Source of the DNA: Betaproteobacteria bacterium
GTDB taxonomy: Bacteria; Pseudomonadota; Gammaproteobacteria; Burkholderiales; Burkholderiaceae_A
Direction of reading: 5' to 3'
Length of the DNA: 64,000 nucleotides
NCBI GenBank assembly: GCA_016868255.1
Contig: VGHN01000004.1
Location: forward strand, 39,162-103,161
This document shows positions 53,085 through 63,999 of the stretch, one piece after another. Below the pieces are notes generated by a model that worked only from the letters and a program-made list of their open reading frames with translations, ran no database searches and was not told the origin of the DNA. Positions within the stretch are counted from its first letter, which is position 1. Every line of letters starts with the position of its first letter. Position numbers and translations under genes: made by a program.

Positions 53085-56000
53085 GTGACTTTGCGCCCCG
53101 AGGCCTCCACGGCCTCCATTCTTGAACGTGCCCAGGTGCTCGGTCTTGAGTTCTCAGAAGAACTCCCCATTGCCCGCGCATGGCAGGACATTGCCCAGGC
53201 CTTGTTAGACCATCCGGTGTTGATCGTCTGCGGTGAGACGGGCTCGGGCAAGACCACTCAGATTCCAAAGATCGCCTTGGCGGCCGGTCGAGCCGCCAGA
53301 GGCCGAACCATCGCCCATACGCAGCCCCGACGAATCGCTGCCACATCCGTTGCACGCCGAGTTGCGCAGGAATTGCGAAGCACCCTGGGCGAGGGGCCGG
53401 ACGCGAAGGTGGGCTACAAGATTCGCTTCAACGATCGGTCTCGGCCAGGCATTCCCATCAAGCTCATGACCGACGGCATCTTGCTCGCCGAGAGCCAGGC
53501 CGATCCCATGCTTCGTCAGTACGACACCATCATCATCGACGAGGCCCATGAGCGCAGCCTGAATATTGATTTTCTCCTTGGCCATCTCCACGGCCTGCTG
53601 CAGAAGCGATCCGATCTCAAGCTGGTGATCACCTCGGCCACCCTTGAGGCCGCTAAGTTCGCCAAGCACTTCGCTTCAAACGGCAAGCCCGCCCCTGTCT
53701 TTGAGGTCTCCGGCCGACTCTTCCCGGTGGAGATGCGCTGGCGGCCCGCGGCCGATGAGCGCGAGGACCTGATCGATCGTGTGGTCGGCGGCATCGAGGA
53801 GGCACTCGACGATTGGAGGGGGACGGGGCTGGGCGATGTCTTGGTCTTTCTTCCCGGCGAGCGTGAGATTCGTGCCGTGGTCGATGCATTGGGTGATCTG
53901 CGGGCGGCAGCATTGTCTCGTCGCGCATCGGTCGCGCGCGACTGGGATGTCTTGCCGCTCTACGGAAGACTGGCCCAGGGCGATCAAGAGCGCATCTTTC
54001 AGAGCACCAATCGGCGTCGCGTGGTACTGGCGACCAATATTGCCGAGACCTCACTGACCGTCCCCGGCATTGGGTATGTGGTCGACACGGGCCTTTCCCG
54101 CGTCAAGCGCTACCGAATTCGCGGCAAGGTCGAGCAGCTTCAGATCGAACCCATCAGTCAGGCCCAGGCCGCGCAGCGGGCGGGTCGTGCCGGCCGCCTT
54201 GCTGCAGGGGTCTGCATTCGCCTCTTCTCAGAGGCCGACTTTGCCGGTCGCCCAGCCCACCCCGACCCAGAGATTCACCGATCCTCGCTTGCAGCGGTAC
54301 TCTTGCGAATGAAGCTCTTGGGCCTCCTGGATGTCGAGCACTTCGCGTTCGTTGACCCACCGTCCAAGCGAGCCATTGCCGATGGCATTGCGCAGCTCAA
54401 AGAGCTGGGGGCGATTGATTCAAACGGTGGGCTCAGTGAAATCGGCCGGCAGATGGCCGAGTTGCCACTGGACCCTCGGCTGGGGCGCATGCTGATTGCC
54501 GCCCGAAGCAACGGCTGCCTGCGCGAGATGATGGTGATTGTGGCGGCGCTCTCGATTCAGGATCCTCGCGAGCGGCCGCTCGATCAGCAGCAGGCGGCCG
54601 ACCAGTCGCATCGGCGATTTGCCGATGAGCGCAGTGAGTTCAAGAGCTGGCTCAAGCTCTGGTCCTTCACCGACTCGGCCTTCACAGAGAAGTTATCCAA
54701 CCGAAGTCTCGATAAGTCATTCAAGGCGGCCTATCTCTCGCCCCTTCGCGTGCGGGAGTGGCGTGATGTTCACCGCCAAGTCCATGACTGGGTGCTGGCA
54801 CAAGGCTGGAAGGAGAACGAGCGCGAGGCCGACGATCTTCGCCTGCACCAGGCCATTCTCTCGGGACTGCTCTCGAACATTGGTGTTCGAATTGATTCGC
54901 CCGGCGATCAGGACGCGAGCATCTCCGCACGCGACCGGCTCTGGCAAGGCACCCACGAGGTGAAGTTTGCGATATGGCCGGGCTCTCATTTGGCCAAAAA
55001 ACCACCACGCTGGCTCATGGCCGCCGAGCAGGTGGAGACGAGCCGACTCTTTGCAAGAACCATCGCGGCCATCGAACCGGAGTGGGTTGAGGCGGCTGCC
55101 TCGCACCTCATCAAGCTGAGTTACAGCGAGCCGCACTGGGAGAAGAAGGCCGGCCGCGTCATTGGCTACTCACGGGGCACGCTCTATGGCCTGACCATCT
55201 TTCAGCGCCGCCGTGTCTCATGGGCGCAGCTTGGTCCTCAGCAGGCCATTGAGGCGAGAGAGATCATGATTCGCGAGGGCCTGGTGGCCCAAGAGATGGA
55301 AACCGACCTGGCCTTCTTCCGACACAACCAGAAGATGATTCGCGAGGTCGAGCGAATGGAACAGAAGGCGCGTCGCCAAGACCTGCTGGTCGATGAAGAA
55401 TTGCTGGTGGCGTTCTACGAGAGTGCACTTGCACCCGAGGTGGTGGACTTGGACTCGCTCACCCAGTGGTGGCGGGGGGCCGCTCCGGCCGAGCGCGAGC
55501 GCCTGATGCTCAAGCAAGAGGACCTCATGCGCCATGAGGCCGCAGGCATCACCACCGATCAATTCCCCAAACAACTCGAGCAGTCGGGTCTGCGCCTTGC
55601 GGTGGATTACCGATTCGACCCCGGGGCCAGCGACGACGGACTCCAACTCACTGTTCCCCTCTCTGCATTGAATCAAGTCGATGGCCAGTTGCTTGAATGG
55701 TTGGTGCCGGGCATGCGCAAGGACAAAGTCGTGGCACTCCTCAAGAGCCTGCCGCAGCGCATTCGCCGCGAGTGCCTCCCGCTTGAGCAATATGCCTTGG
55801 CCTTTTGTGACCGCTGGTCCAAGGATTGCGCAGGCCAGAGCCTGCTCAAGGCACTCATTGAAGACATCTCACAGCAGACCGGCATTCGTCCCGCACTCGA
55901 TGACTTTCGCAGGGAGTCGGTGCCCGCCCATCTTCATGCCTTTATTCGCGTGGTCGATGAGCACGGCCGCCTGCTTGGTCAGGGCAGGGACCTTGCAGTG

Positions 56001-56927
56001 CTTCGAGACCAACTGGGTGAGAAGGCCCAACAGGCCTTTGCCCCCGAGGTCGACGAGACGCCGCATCGCGAGTGGGCCTTTGGAGAGTTGCAGTGGCCCA
56101 CGCGAATTGAGCGCGCAGGCCAGCAACTGCTGGCCTATCCGTGCATCGAGGACCGCGGCGACCATGTCTGCCTCACCATGCTCGATGACCGCGTGGCTGC
56201 CCAGGAGCGGCATGCAAGGGGCCTCACACGGCTCTTTGCATTCGGGCTCAAGGAACCATTGAAGTCGCTGGCCAAAGACATACAGAAGAATCGCGAACTC
56301 GGTCTTGCCTGGGTGGGTGCGGGCCAGTCCGATGACCCGGTCGAGGCCATCGCCGCGCTGGCCATTCGCCGCGCATTTCTGGAGCCACCCTGGCCCCCGA
56401 CAGCCGAGGCCTTTGCCCAGCGACTGGGCGAGGGCCGCAGTCGATTCATGCTCATTGCCCAAGAGGCCCTGCGAAGTCTCTCGGGAATGCTGGTCGAGGC
56501 GCAGCAGGTGCAGAAACGCATCGGGGCCTTGAAGGCAAGCGATGCTGCAGTGGCCGATATCCGTGAACAGCTTGGCCGACTCCTGCAGCCCGGTTTTCTG
56601 CGCGAGACCCCCGACGAGCGGCTGCGGCATCTGCCGCGCTATCTCAAAGCCATTGGTGTTCGGCTCGATCGAATGCGCACCGACCCCGCCCGAGACCTTC
56701 AGCGACTCAATGAGTGGCGATCGGTCGCTGACCCCTTCTGGCGCTGGGCCAAGGTCTATCGGGGTGAATGGTCGAGTGAGGCCGAGGAGTTTCGCTGGCT
56801 GCTCGAGGAGCTGCGGATCATGCTTTTCGCCCAGGAGCTCAAGACGCCCACTCCGGTCTCTTCCAAGCGGCTGCAGAAAAGCTGGATTACGCTCCAAGCC
56901 CAGCTGCAGTCCTCCTTTCGTTCTTAA
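53085..56927 (+). CDS. hrpA: ATP-dependent RNA helicase HrpA
   Basis: GETGSGKTTQ, TQPRR, DEAHER, SAT, ATNIAETSLT, QRAGRAGR, long C-terminal region. Confidence 0.96.
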   Translation: MTLRPEASTASILERAQVLGLEFSEELPIARAWQDIAQALLDHPVLIVCGETGSGKTTQIPKIALAAGRAARGRTIAHTQPRRIAATSVARRVAQELRSTLGEGPDAKVGYKIRFNDRSRPGIPIKLMTDGILLAESQADPMLRQYDTIIIDEAHERSLNIDFLLGHLHGLLQKRSDLKLVITSATLEAAKFAKHFASNGKPAPVFEVSGRLFPVEMRWRPAADEREDLIDRVVGGIEEALDDWRGTGLGDVLVFLPGEREIRAVVDALGDLRAAALSRRASVARDWDVLPLYGRLAQGDQERIFQSTNRRRVVLATNIAETSLTVPGIGYVVDTGLSRVKRYRIRGKVEQLQIEPISQAQAAQRAGRAGRLAAGVCIRLFSEADFAGRPAHPDPEIHRSSLAAVLLRMKLLGLLDVEHFAFVDPPSKRAIADGIAQLKELGAIDSNGGLSEIGRQMAELPLDPRLGRMLIAARSNGCLREMMVIVAALSIQDPRERPLDQQQAADQSHRRFADERSEFKSWLKLWSFTDSAFTEKLSNRSLDKSFKAAYLSPLRVREWRDVHRQVHDWVLAQGWKENEREADDLRLHQAILSGLLSNIGVRIDSPGDQDASISARDRLWQGTHEVKFAIWPGSHLAKKPPRWLMAAEQVETSRLFARTIAAIEPEWVEAAASHLIKLSYSEPHWEKKAGRVIGYSRGTLYGLTIFQRRRVSWAQLGPQQAIEAREIMIREGLVAQEMETDLAFFRHNQKMIREVERMEQKARRQDLLVDEELLVAFYESALAPEVVDLDSLTQWWRGAAPAERERLMLKQEDLMRHEAAGITTDQFPKQLEQSGLRLAVDYRFDPGASDDGLQLTVPLSALNQVDGQLLEWLVPGMRKDKVVALLKSLPQRIRRECLPLEQYALAFCDRWSKDCAGQSLLKALIEDISQQTGIRPALDDFRRESVPAHLHAFIRVVDEHGRLLGQGRDLAVLRDQLGEKAQQAFAPEVDETPHREWAFGELQWPTRIERAGQQLLAYPCIEDRGDHVCLTMLDDRVAAQERHARGLTRLFAFGLKEPLKSLAKDIQKNRELGLAWVGAGQSDDPVEAIAALAIRRAFLEPPWPPTAEAFAQRLGEGRSRFMLIAQEALRSLSGMLVEAQQVQKRIGALKASDAAVADIREQLGRLLQPGFLRETPDERLRHLPRYLKAIGVRLDRMRTDPARDLQRLNEWRSVADPFWRWAKVYRGEWSSEAEEFRWLLEELRIMLFAQELKTPTPVSSKRLQKSWITLQAQLQSSFRS

Positions 56928-56944
56928 ATTCGGATTCCGTTTCC

Positions 56945-57769
56945 ATGCCACAACGCGACAAGCTCGTCATTGGTTTGATCATCAACGGCGATGAAATTCT
57001 CTCGGGCAAACGAGAGGATCGGCACTTCCTCAAGGCCAAAGAAATCTGTTCGGCCCGCGGCCTCTCGCTCTCATGGGTCATCTACCTGGGTGACGATCGA
57101 AGCCGTTGCACCGAGACCCTTCGGCGCAGTTTTGCCAGTGGGGATCTGGTCTTTAGTTTTGGCGGCATTGGTTCCACACCCGATGACCACACCCGCCAGG
57201 CCGCGGCCGAGGCCCTTGGCCTTGCACTCGAACTCCACCCGCAGGCGCGCGAGCTCATCGCTCTGCGCAGTGCGGAGTCGGGCCAACCGCTCACGCCCGA
57301 GCGACTGCGCATGGGTGAGTTCCCGGTGGGCAGTGACATCGTCCCCAATCCCTACAACCGCATCCCTGGGTTTGCCATCGGGCGCCACTATTTCCTTCCA
57401 GGCTTTCCCGTGATGGCCTGGCCAATGATGGAGTGGGTGCTCGATACCCATTACCGCGACTGGTTCCAAGAGGCCGCAGAGATCGACCACTCCATGGTGG
57501 TCCACAAACTATTCGAGGCAGCGGTGACTGGCCTGCTCGAGGAACTCACGCGCGATTACCCCGAACTTCGCATCTACAGCCTTCCCTCGGCACCTGTGCC
57601 AGGCGACCCCAATGCCCGGCGCCACCTGGAATTGGGCATCAAGCTGCCGATACATAAGTCTGCGGATGCTGCACTGCGAGCGCGTTTCGATCAGGCCTGC
57701 CTGCGGTTGCGTGAAGGAGTCCAAGCGCTCGGTGGTGAGATCGCCGAGGAGCGGGAGTCGCGTCGCTGA
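56945..57769 (+). CDS. CinA/MoCF-biosynthesis-domain protein
   Basis: GDEILSGKRED, FGGIGSTPDDHTR, LPGFP. Confidence 0.88.
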   Translation: MPQRDKLVIGLIINGDEILSGKREDRHFLKAKEICSARGLSLSWVIYLGDDRSRCTETLRRSFASGDLVFSFGGIGSTPDDHTRQAAAEALGLALELHPQARELIALRSAESGQPLTPERLRMGEFPVGSDIVPNPYNRIPGFAIGRHYFLPGFPVMAWPMMEWVLDTHYRDWFQEAAEIDHSMVVHKLFEAAVTGLLEELTRDYPELRIYSLPSAPVPGDPNARRHLELGIKLPIHKSADAALRARFDQACLRLREGVQALGGEIAEERESRR

Positions 57770-57837
57770 TCGACCGCTTTTTGAGGGCCCTAGCGATCAA
57801 ATTGCAAAACTTTCTGCGGAGTCTCTTCTAAGTATCG

Positions 57838-57886
57838 GAAAACAAATAAATTTTTAATTTGCATTCTTGGAAAACCTTGGTAAACT
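57838..57886 (+). promoter_or_regulatory. Sigma70 promoter of pbpG
   Basis: AT-rich UP-like tract, TTGCAT (57859-57864), 16 nt, extended TGn-TAAACT (57881-57886). Confidence 0.55.
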
Positions 57887-57915
57887 GCCGCCAGTCCGTC
57901 ATTAAGGGGTCTCTT

Positions 57916-59001
57916 TTGGCCAATCGAATTCAAGCCTCACTCATCGCAGTTGCCATTTCCGCGGCCTTCGCCGGGGGCAATGCCTCCTGGGCGCAATCCA
58001 ATCCAAACCAGCAAAAGCCGGGGCAGAAGCAGAGCAACGCCAAACAGTCTGGCCCGGCCAATGCCCAGAAGAAAGCCACTGCGCAGAAGAAGTCCACTCA
58101 GCAGGCGAGCAAGACCGCGAAGAAGAAGTCCGATAAGGCCCGCGTGGCGCGGGTTGCGCGCAACCCCGACGACCGAATGTCAGACCACAGCCGTATTGGT
58201 GTTCAGAGCGCCTTCTCAGAGGCGAAGCTCAATTCCTCTGCGGTCTTGGTGATGGACCAGATCTCTGGCGAGGTCTTGGTTGAAAAGAATCCCGACGCCA
58301 TTCTTCCCATTGCTTCGATCACCAAGCTCATGACCGCCCTGGTGGTGGCCGAGGCCGATCTCTCTATGAACGATCTCATAGAGATCTCTCAGGAAGATGC
58401 CGATCTTGAGAAGGGTGTGAAGTCCCGCCTGCGCGTGGGCACACTGCTCTCGCGCGGTGAACTCATGCACCTGGCCCTGATGTCCTCTGAGAACCGTGCG
58501 GCCCATGCGCTGGGAAGAACTCATCCCGGCGGAATGAATGCGTTTGTTGATGCCATGAATATCAAGGCGGCCCAACTCGGAATGACCGCATCTCGCTTCG
58601 TGGAGCCCACTGGGCTCAATGCCGGCAATGTGGCCTCACCCCGAGACCTTGCACGGTTGGTGGAAGAGGCCTATCTGGTGCCGCTGATTCGTGAGTACTC
58701 CACCGCCAACGCGCTTTTGGTTCGGGTGGGTGGCAAGCAGCATCAGTTTCGCAATTCCAATTCCCTGGTTCGCGCAGACACCTGGGAGTTGGGTCTCTCC
58801 AAAACCGGATTCATTCGCGAGGCGGGCCGCTGTCTAGTGATGCAGGCCGAAGTGGAGCGCAGGCCGGTCATCGTCATCATGCTCGATGCCGCCGGCAAGC
58901 AGCAGCGTGTTCGAGACGCCGAGATGATTCGCCGCTGGTTGATTCAGCAGGCCGAAACCAAACCGCCGGCCAATCGGGCGGCAGCCGCACCCCGCGCCTA
59001 G
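57916..59001 (+). CDS. pbpG: D-alanyl-D-alanine endopeptidase (PBP7)
   Basis: SITK, SEN, KTG motifs; signal peptide and Lys/Gln-rich linker; TTG start estimated. Confidence 0.92.
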   Translation: MANRIQASLIAVAISAAFAGGNASWAQSNPNQQKPGQKQSNAKQSGPANAQKKATAQKKSTQQASKTAKKKSDKARVARVARNPDDRMSDHSRIGVQSAFSEAKLNSSAVLVMDQISGEVLVEKNPDAILPIASITKLMTALVVAEADLSMNDLIEISQEDADLEKGVKSRLRVGTLLSRGELMHLALMSSENRAAHALGRTHPGGMNAFVDAMNIKAAQLGMTASRFVEPTGLNAGNVASPRDLARLVEEAYLVPLIREYSTANALLVRVGGKQHQFRNSNSLVRADTWELGLSKTGFIREAGRCLVMQAEVERRPVIVIMLDAAGKQQRVRDAEMIRRWLIQQAETKPPANRAAAAPRA

Positions 59002-59786
59002 CCCTGGTTTTTCCCAAAGCCCAGAGACCGTGAGATCTCATCGGCGGTCTGTCGCAGTGCTTCTACCCAGCCGTCGTTGGCCCGATCGGCGGGGGCTGAA
59101 ATAGAAAGCCCTGCGACCAGTCGTCCACCATCGTCTCGAATGGCGGCGGCAATACAGCGCACCCCCAGCTCAAGCTCCTCGTTGTCGCGGGCGTAGCCTG
59201 CCGCACGAACTGCAGCGAGTTCTTTCTCTAGTCCGCCCACATCGGTAATGCTGTTACGTGTCTGACCGGCCAAGCCGGTTCGCATCGAGTACGAACGAAC
59301 CTGACGGGCGTCCTCAACCGCGAGAAAGAGCTTTCCTGTGGAGGTCAGGTGAAGAGGGGCGCGTCCACCAATGGCGCGCACCACCTGCATCCCTGAGCGC
59401 TCGCTGACGGCGCGCTCGACATACACGATCTCATCGCCTTGCCGAACCGATAGGTTGATGGTCTCGCCGGTGAGCCGATGGAGTTCCCGCATGGGAACGG
59501 CAGCGGCATCGCGCACATTGAGCCGCGCCTTGACCAGGTTGCCCAACTCCAAAAGCCGCATGCCGAGCTGGTAGTAGCCCGGCTCGGTGCGGTCGACCAT
59601 GCGAACCAAGACCAGGTCATTGAGGATTCGATGGGCAGTCGATGGATGAAGCCCGGTCTCTTGCGAGAGCGCCTTGAGCGAGACCGGCTCGGACTGCTTG
59701 GCAAGAACGGCGAGCAGTGTGCTGAGTCGCTCGATGACCTGAATCGCGGGCGGTGTAGGGGAAATGGGCTGGGAGGTGAGGCTCAT
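58998..59786 (-). CDS. IclR family transcriptional regulator
   Basis: HTH (GLHPSTAHRIL), PLHLTSTGKLFL, GVRCIAA. Confidence 0.93.
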   Translation of the reverse strand: MSLTSQPISPTPPAIQVIERLSTLLAVLAKQSEPVSLKALSQETGLHPSTAHRILNDLVLVRMVDRTEPGYYQLGMRLLELGNLVKARLNVRDAAAVPMRELHRLTGETINLSVRQGDEIVYVERAVSERSGMQVVRAIGGRAPLHLTSTGKLFLAVEDARQVRSYSMRTGLAGQTRNSITDVGGLEKELAAVRAAGYARDNEELELGVRCIAAAIRDDGGRLVAGLSISAPADRANDGWVEALRQTADEISRSLGFGKNQG

Positions 59787-59833
59787 GCTGTTCGCTAGTG
59801 GCAGAATGGGAGTTTACAAAAGGGAAGTTGGTT

Positions 59834-60598
59834 ATGTCTGCACCCCGCGTCGCTTTATTTGTCACCTGTCTCGTCGATCTCATGCGACCGGAGATTGGCT
59901 TCGCGGCCATCAAGCTTCTTGAGCATGCCGGGTGCGAGGTCACTGTCCCCCCCGATCAGACCTGTTGTGGCCAGCCCGCCTACAACTCGGGAGACCGTCC
60001 CTCCGCCCATCGTCTGGCCGAGCGGGTCATTGATCAGCTCGAGGGCTATGACTATGTCGTGGTGCCCTCGGGTTCATGCGGGGGAATGATCAAGACCCAC
60101 TATCTCGAACTCTTCTCGGATGACCCGGGCCTGCGCCGCCGCATGAATGAGTTGGCGCCCAAGGTCTATGAGCTCACCGATTTTCTCCACACAGTGATGA
60201 AAATGGAGGAGGTACCCGGTCGCTCACAAGGCTGCGTGACTTATCACGACACCTGCAGCGGACTGCGAGAACTCGGTGTGCAGGCCCAACCCCGTGAGCT
60301 GCTCAAGAAGATCCCTGGCCTGCAGGTCAAAGAAATGAAAGATTCCCGCGCCTGCTGCGGGTTTGGCGGCACCTTCGCACTGAAGTATGGCAATGTCTCT
60401 TCTGCGATTGTGGATGACAAGGTCTCCAATATTCAGGCCACACGCGCCGAGGCCGTGGTGCTCGGAGACCTTGGCTGCATGCTCAATATTGAAGGCCGCT
60501 TGCGTCGACTGGGCGATGACCGCACCAAGGTGCTCCATGTGGCGCAGGTCTTGGCCGGTGAGATCGACCCCTTGGTTCCTTCTGGAGGCACAGACTAA
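59834..60598 (+). CDS. lutA: Lactate utilization protein A (two CCG domains)
   Basis: FVTCLVD, QTCCGQPAYNSG, PSGSC, CCGFGGTF, DLGCMLNI. Confidence 0.92.
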   Translation: MSAPRVALFVTCLVDLMRPEIGFAAIKLLEHAGCEVTVPPDQTCCGQPAYNSGDRPSAHRLAERVIDQLEGYDYVVVPSGSCGGMIKTHYLELFSDDPGLRRRMNELAPKVYELTDFLHTVMKMEEVPGRSQGCVTYHDTCSGLRELGVQAQPRELLKKIPGLQVKEMKDSRACCGFGGTFALKYGNVSSAIVDDKVSNIQATRAEAVVLGDLGCMLNIEGRLRRLGDDRTKVLHVAQVLAGEIDPLVPSGGTD

Positions 60599-62044
60599 AT
60601 GCTGGTTCAGTCGATTCATTTTCAGGCCCGCTCAAAAGAGAAGCTTGCCGACGAGCGTCTGCAACGCAATCTGCGTCGTCTCGCCGAGAAGTTCGTTACG
60701 GCCCGCGCCAGTGCCATGCAAGAAATCGATTTCGAAGCCACGCGTGAGGCAGCGGTGGATCGACGCAATCGAACCATTGAGCGACTCGATCTCTGGATCG
60801 AGTTGTTTGAGGAGAAGGCCACGGCCCGCGGGGCCACGGTGCTCTTTGCGGAATCGGCTGCCCAGGCTTCCGAGATCGTTGTTGAAATTGCGCGCAAGCA
60901 CGAGGTGAAGACGGTCACCAAGAGCAAGTCAATGGTCTCCGAAGAGATGGCGCTGAACCAAGCCCTGCGAGAGGCCGGCGTTGAGCCCATTGAGACCGAT
61001 CTGGGTGAATACATTCTGCAGATCAATAACAACGAGGCGCCGAGTCACATCATCGCGCCAGTGATTCACAAGGACAAAGAAGAGATCTCCGAACTCTTCT
61101 CTAAAGTTCACGACAAGCCCAAGCTCACCGAGATTCCTCAACTGACCCGCGAGGCCCGTGAACAGTTGCGCCCGAAGTTTCTTGGCGCTGACATGGGCGT
61201 GACCGGAGGCAACTTTGTTATTGCCGAGACCGGGTCGGTGGCCTTGGTCACCAACGAGGGCAACGAGGGCATGGTCACCATCATGCCGCGTGTCCATGTG
61301 GTGGTCACCGGAATCGAGAAGGTGCTCGCCACGCTCGAGGACTTTGCCACGGTGGCCCGGCTCCTCACTCGCTCCGCAACCGGCCAGTCCATCTCCAACT
61401 ATGTGTCATTGCTCACCGGCACGCGTGCCCACGGCGAGCCCGATGGTCCCGACCACCTCTACTTTGTGTTTGTCGATGGTGGGCGCTCGAGCCTCTTGGG
61501 AACAGACTTCCAAGACATGCTCCGCTGCATTCGTTGTGGGGCCTGTATGAACCACTGTCCGGTCTATCAGAAGATCGGAGGCCACGCCTACGGCTGGGTC
61601 TATCCCGGGCCCATGGGCTCGGTCCTCACGCCCTCCTACACAGGCATTGAGCAGGCCTTGGATCTCCCGCAGGCGGCAACGTTGTGCGGTGAGTGCCATG
61701 TGGTCTGTCCCGTGAAGATCCCGCTGCCCGATCTCCTGCGAAAACTTCGTGAGCGTCAGTTCGAGCGACACCTGCGCCCGTGGATAGAGCGACTCGGACT
61801 CTCCGCATGGGTCTTTCTCGCAACGCGTCCCAAGCTCTACCGGCTGGTGTTTGGCGTGGCCAATCGTGTCTTGCGACTATGGGCGGGCAAGCGCGGCCGC
61901 ATTGGGTCTTTTGGTCCGGGCAACGGCTGGACCGACTTTCGAGATTTTCCGGGCCCGAGCAGCAAGCCCTTCTCAGAGCGTTATGTCACTTGGCAGGCTC
62001 AGAGGGCCTTTGCCAAATCCGCCACCAACCCAGGCCCCCGGTAA
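60599..62044 (+). CDS. lutB: Lactate utilization protein B (Fe-S)
   Basis: KSKSM.SEE, ETDLGEYI, TNEGN, CIRCGACMNHCP, CPVKIPLP. Confidence 0.93.
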   Translation: MLVQSIHFQARSKEKLADERLQRNLRRLAEKFVTARASAMQEIDFEATREAAVDRRNRTIERLDLWIELFEEKATARGATVLFAESAAQASEIVVEIARKHEVKTVTKSKSMVSEEMALNQALREAGVEPIETDLGEYILQINNNEAPSHIIAPVIHKDKEEISELFSKVHDKPKLTEIPQLTREAREQLRPKFLGADMGVTGGNFVIAETGSVALVTNEGNEGMVTIMPRVHVVVTGIEKVLATLEDFATVARLLTRSATGQSISNYVSLLTGTRAHGEPDGPDHLYFVFVDGGRSSLLGTDFQDMLRCIRCGACMNHCPVYQKIGGHAYGWVYPGPMGSVLTPSYTGIEQALDLPQAATLCGECHVVCPVKIPLPDLLRKLRERQFERHLRPWIERLGLSAWVFLATRPKLYRLVFGVANRVLRLWAGKRGRIGSFGPGNGWTDFRDFPGPSSKPFSERYVTWQAQRAFAKSATNPGPR

Positions 62045-63057
62045 ATCAAGCCCGAGTAGACCTGCACCAGGTCCGCGCCCGCGGAACGTTTGGTCTGTCC
62101 ATCGCCTGCGCTGGCAATGCCCCCCACGCCAATCAGTGCGGTGGTCGGCAGGAGTTGCTGCTTGAATCGTGCGAGCACCGTGTTGGATTTCCCAAGCAGC
62201 GGTGCGCCCGATAGTCCTCCAGTCTCGGTGGCATTGGGCATTCCATCGACTGCTGCGCGATCGAGAGTGGTGTTGGTGGCGATGAGGCCCTCAATTCCAA
62301 TTGAATTGCATGTCTCGGCAATTGCATCAATCTCATCGGTGTCCAGATCGGGCGCAATCTTCAAGAAAAGTGGCACACGTTTGCTGTGCTGCTGCGAGAG
62401 CCGTGCCTGGTCCTCTCGAAGTGGCTCGAGCAGCGCCCGAAGGGTCTCACTGGCCTGGAGGCTTCGCAGTGCCTTGGTGTTGGGGGAGGAAATGTTGATG
62501 GTGATGTAGTCGGCATAGGGGAAGACTGCCGCCAGACCAATGCGATAGTCGTCGAGTGCCAATTCCACCGGTGTCGCCGCATTCTTGCCAATGTTTAGGC
62601 CCAAGATGCCGCGCCTTTCTTGCACCCACTTCGAGCGCTGCACGTTCTCAATGAATGCCTGCAGGCCCAGGTTGTTGAATCCGAATCGATTGACAATCGC
62701 TTGTGCGCCAGAGATTCGAAACATGCGCGGCTTTGGATTGCCCGGTTGAGCAAGCGGTGTCACGGTGCCCACCTCGATAAAGCCAAAACCAAAACGGCCC
62801 AGTGCATCGATATGCGCTGCATTCTTGTCGAGCCCAGCTGCGAGTCCCACGCGGTTTGAGAATTTCAGGCCCGCCACATGAATGGGCCCCTGCTCGGATT
62901 GGTCTCGGGGGATCGGCCTCGATTCGGGCAGAAGGGCCCCCATCCAACGATTGGCAAACTCCAAGCCCGAGAGGCTCACGTCATGCGCGGTCTCTGCCGG
63001 TAGGGCAAAGAGAAGAGGGCGCGCGAGGGGATAAAGAGAGAAGAGGCCTGCGCTCAT
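61999..63057 (-). CDS. pyrD: Quinone-dependent dihydroorotate dehydrogenase
   Basis: [38 protein letters not shown]. Confidence 0.96.
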   Translation of the reverse strand: MSAGLFSLYPLARPLLFALPAETAHDVSLSGLEFANRWMGALLPESRPIPRDQSEQGPIHVAGLKFSNRVGLAAGLDKNAAHIDALGRFGFGFIEVGTVTPLAQPGNPKPRMFRISGAQAIVNRFGFNNLGLQAFIENVQRSKWVQERRGILGLNIGKNAATPVELALDDYRIGLAAVFPYADYITINISSPNTKALRSLQASETLRALLEPLREDQARLSQQHSKRVPLFLKIAPDLDTDEIDAIAETCNSIGIEGLIATNTTLDRAAVDGMPNATETGGLSGAPLLGKSNTVLARFKQQLLPTTALIGVGGIASAGDGQTKRSAGADLVQVYSGLIYRGPGLVADLAKAL

Positions 63058-63782
63058 TCCATGGGCTGCCAGCAGCCCTGAACGAGAATCTCTGCAGGAC
63101 GAAAGCCACTCTTGTAGGCCATCTTCGGGCTCAGGCCTATCCAGTACCCCAGATAGACATAGGGCAGGCCCAAGCGCTGGGACTCGGCGATCTGCCAAAG
63201 GATTCCGTAGGTGCCATAGGAGGCCTTGTTGTCGCTGGGTGAGTAGAAGGTGTAGACCGCCGAGAGTCCTTCGGGCAGCACATCGATGAGTGAGATCATC
63301 TTGAGTGCGCCCGAGCGCGCCCGAAATGCCACCAATCGTGTGTCGACTCGGCTCTGAAGAAGAAACTGTGCGTATTGGTCGCGGCTGTCTTGGTCCATGC
63401 CACCGCCCGCATGACGACCGGCCTGGTAATCGAGGTAGAGCGCGTAGTGCTCATCCGAGAATTGCAATGGCTCTTCCTGGGCAATCAATGCATCGCTCAG
63501 GCGATTCCATGTGCGCTTCTGGCTGCGACTCGGCTTGAAGGTGGCGGTGGGCACGCGAAGTGGTTGGCAGGCTTGGCATGTGTCGCAGTAGGGACGGTAG
63601 GCAAAGGCGCCGCTGCGACGAAAACCCAACTGAACCAAGTCACCATAGACCTCGGGTGTGATCAGGTGGTTGGGAGTGGCCACCTGCGAGCGAGCGCGAC
63701 GACTCGGAAGATAGCTGCAGGGGTAGGGCGCAGTCACATAAAACTGCAACTGACTGATTGGAAGGTCGCGAAGGTCAGCCAT
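63054..63782 (-). CDS. bpt: Asp/Glu leucyltransferase Bpt (ATE1-like)
   Basis: [44 protein letters not shown]. Confidence 0.92.
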   Translation of the reverse strand: MADLRDLPISQLQFYVTAPYPCSYLPSRRARSQVATPNHLITPEVYGDLVQLGFRRSGAFAYRPYCDTCQACQPLRVPTATFKPSRSQKRTWNRLSDALIAQEEPLQFSDEHYALYLDYQAGRHAGGGMDQDSRDQYAQFLLQSRVDTRLVAFRARSGALKMISLIDVLPEGLSAVYTFYSPSDNKASYGTYGILWQIAESQRLGLPYVYLGYWIGLSPKMAYKSGFRPAEILVQGCWQPME

Positions 63783-63999
63783 GGCTAGTCTCGAACACGC
63801 CCCAGTCGATGGGCGTGCGGTCCCACGGAGGCGGGGGCTGATCGACGAGTCTTGCGATCCATGAGCTAAATTCTGCACGCGAAATGGGGTTCGCGCCAAG
63901 TGTTGCCAAATGCTCGGTCTGCTGCTGGCAATCAATCAGTGGGCAGTCGTGCCGCAGAGCCCATGCAACCAGGGCGGCCAGGCAGATCTTCGAGGCATT
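63775..63999 (-). CDS. aat: Leucyl/phenylalanyl-tRNA--protein transferase (3' part only)
   Basis: Manual translation [11 protein letters not shown]...[24 protein letters not shown]; TGA at 63775-63777 overlapping bpt start. Confidence 0.88.
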   Translation of the reverse strand, partial: NASKICLAALVAWALRHDCPLIDCQQQTEHLATLGANPISRAEFSSWIARLVDQPPPPWDRTPIDWGVFETSHG

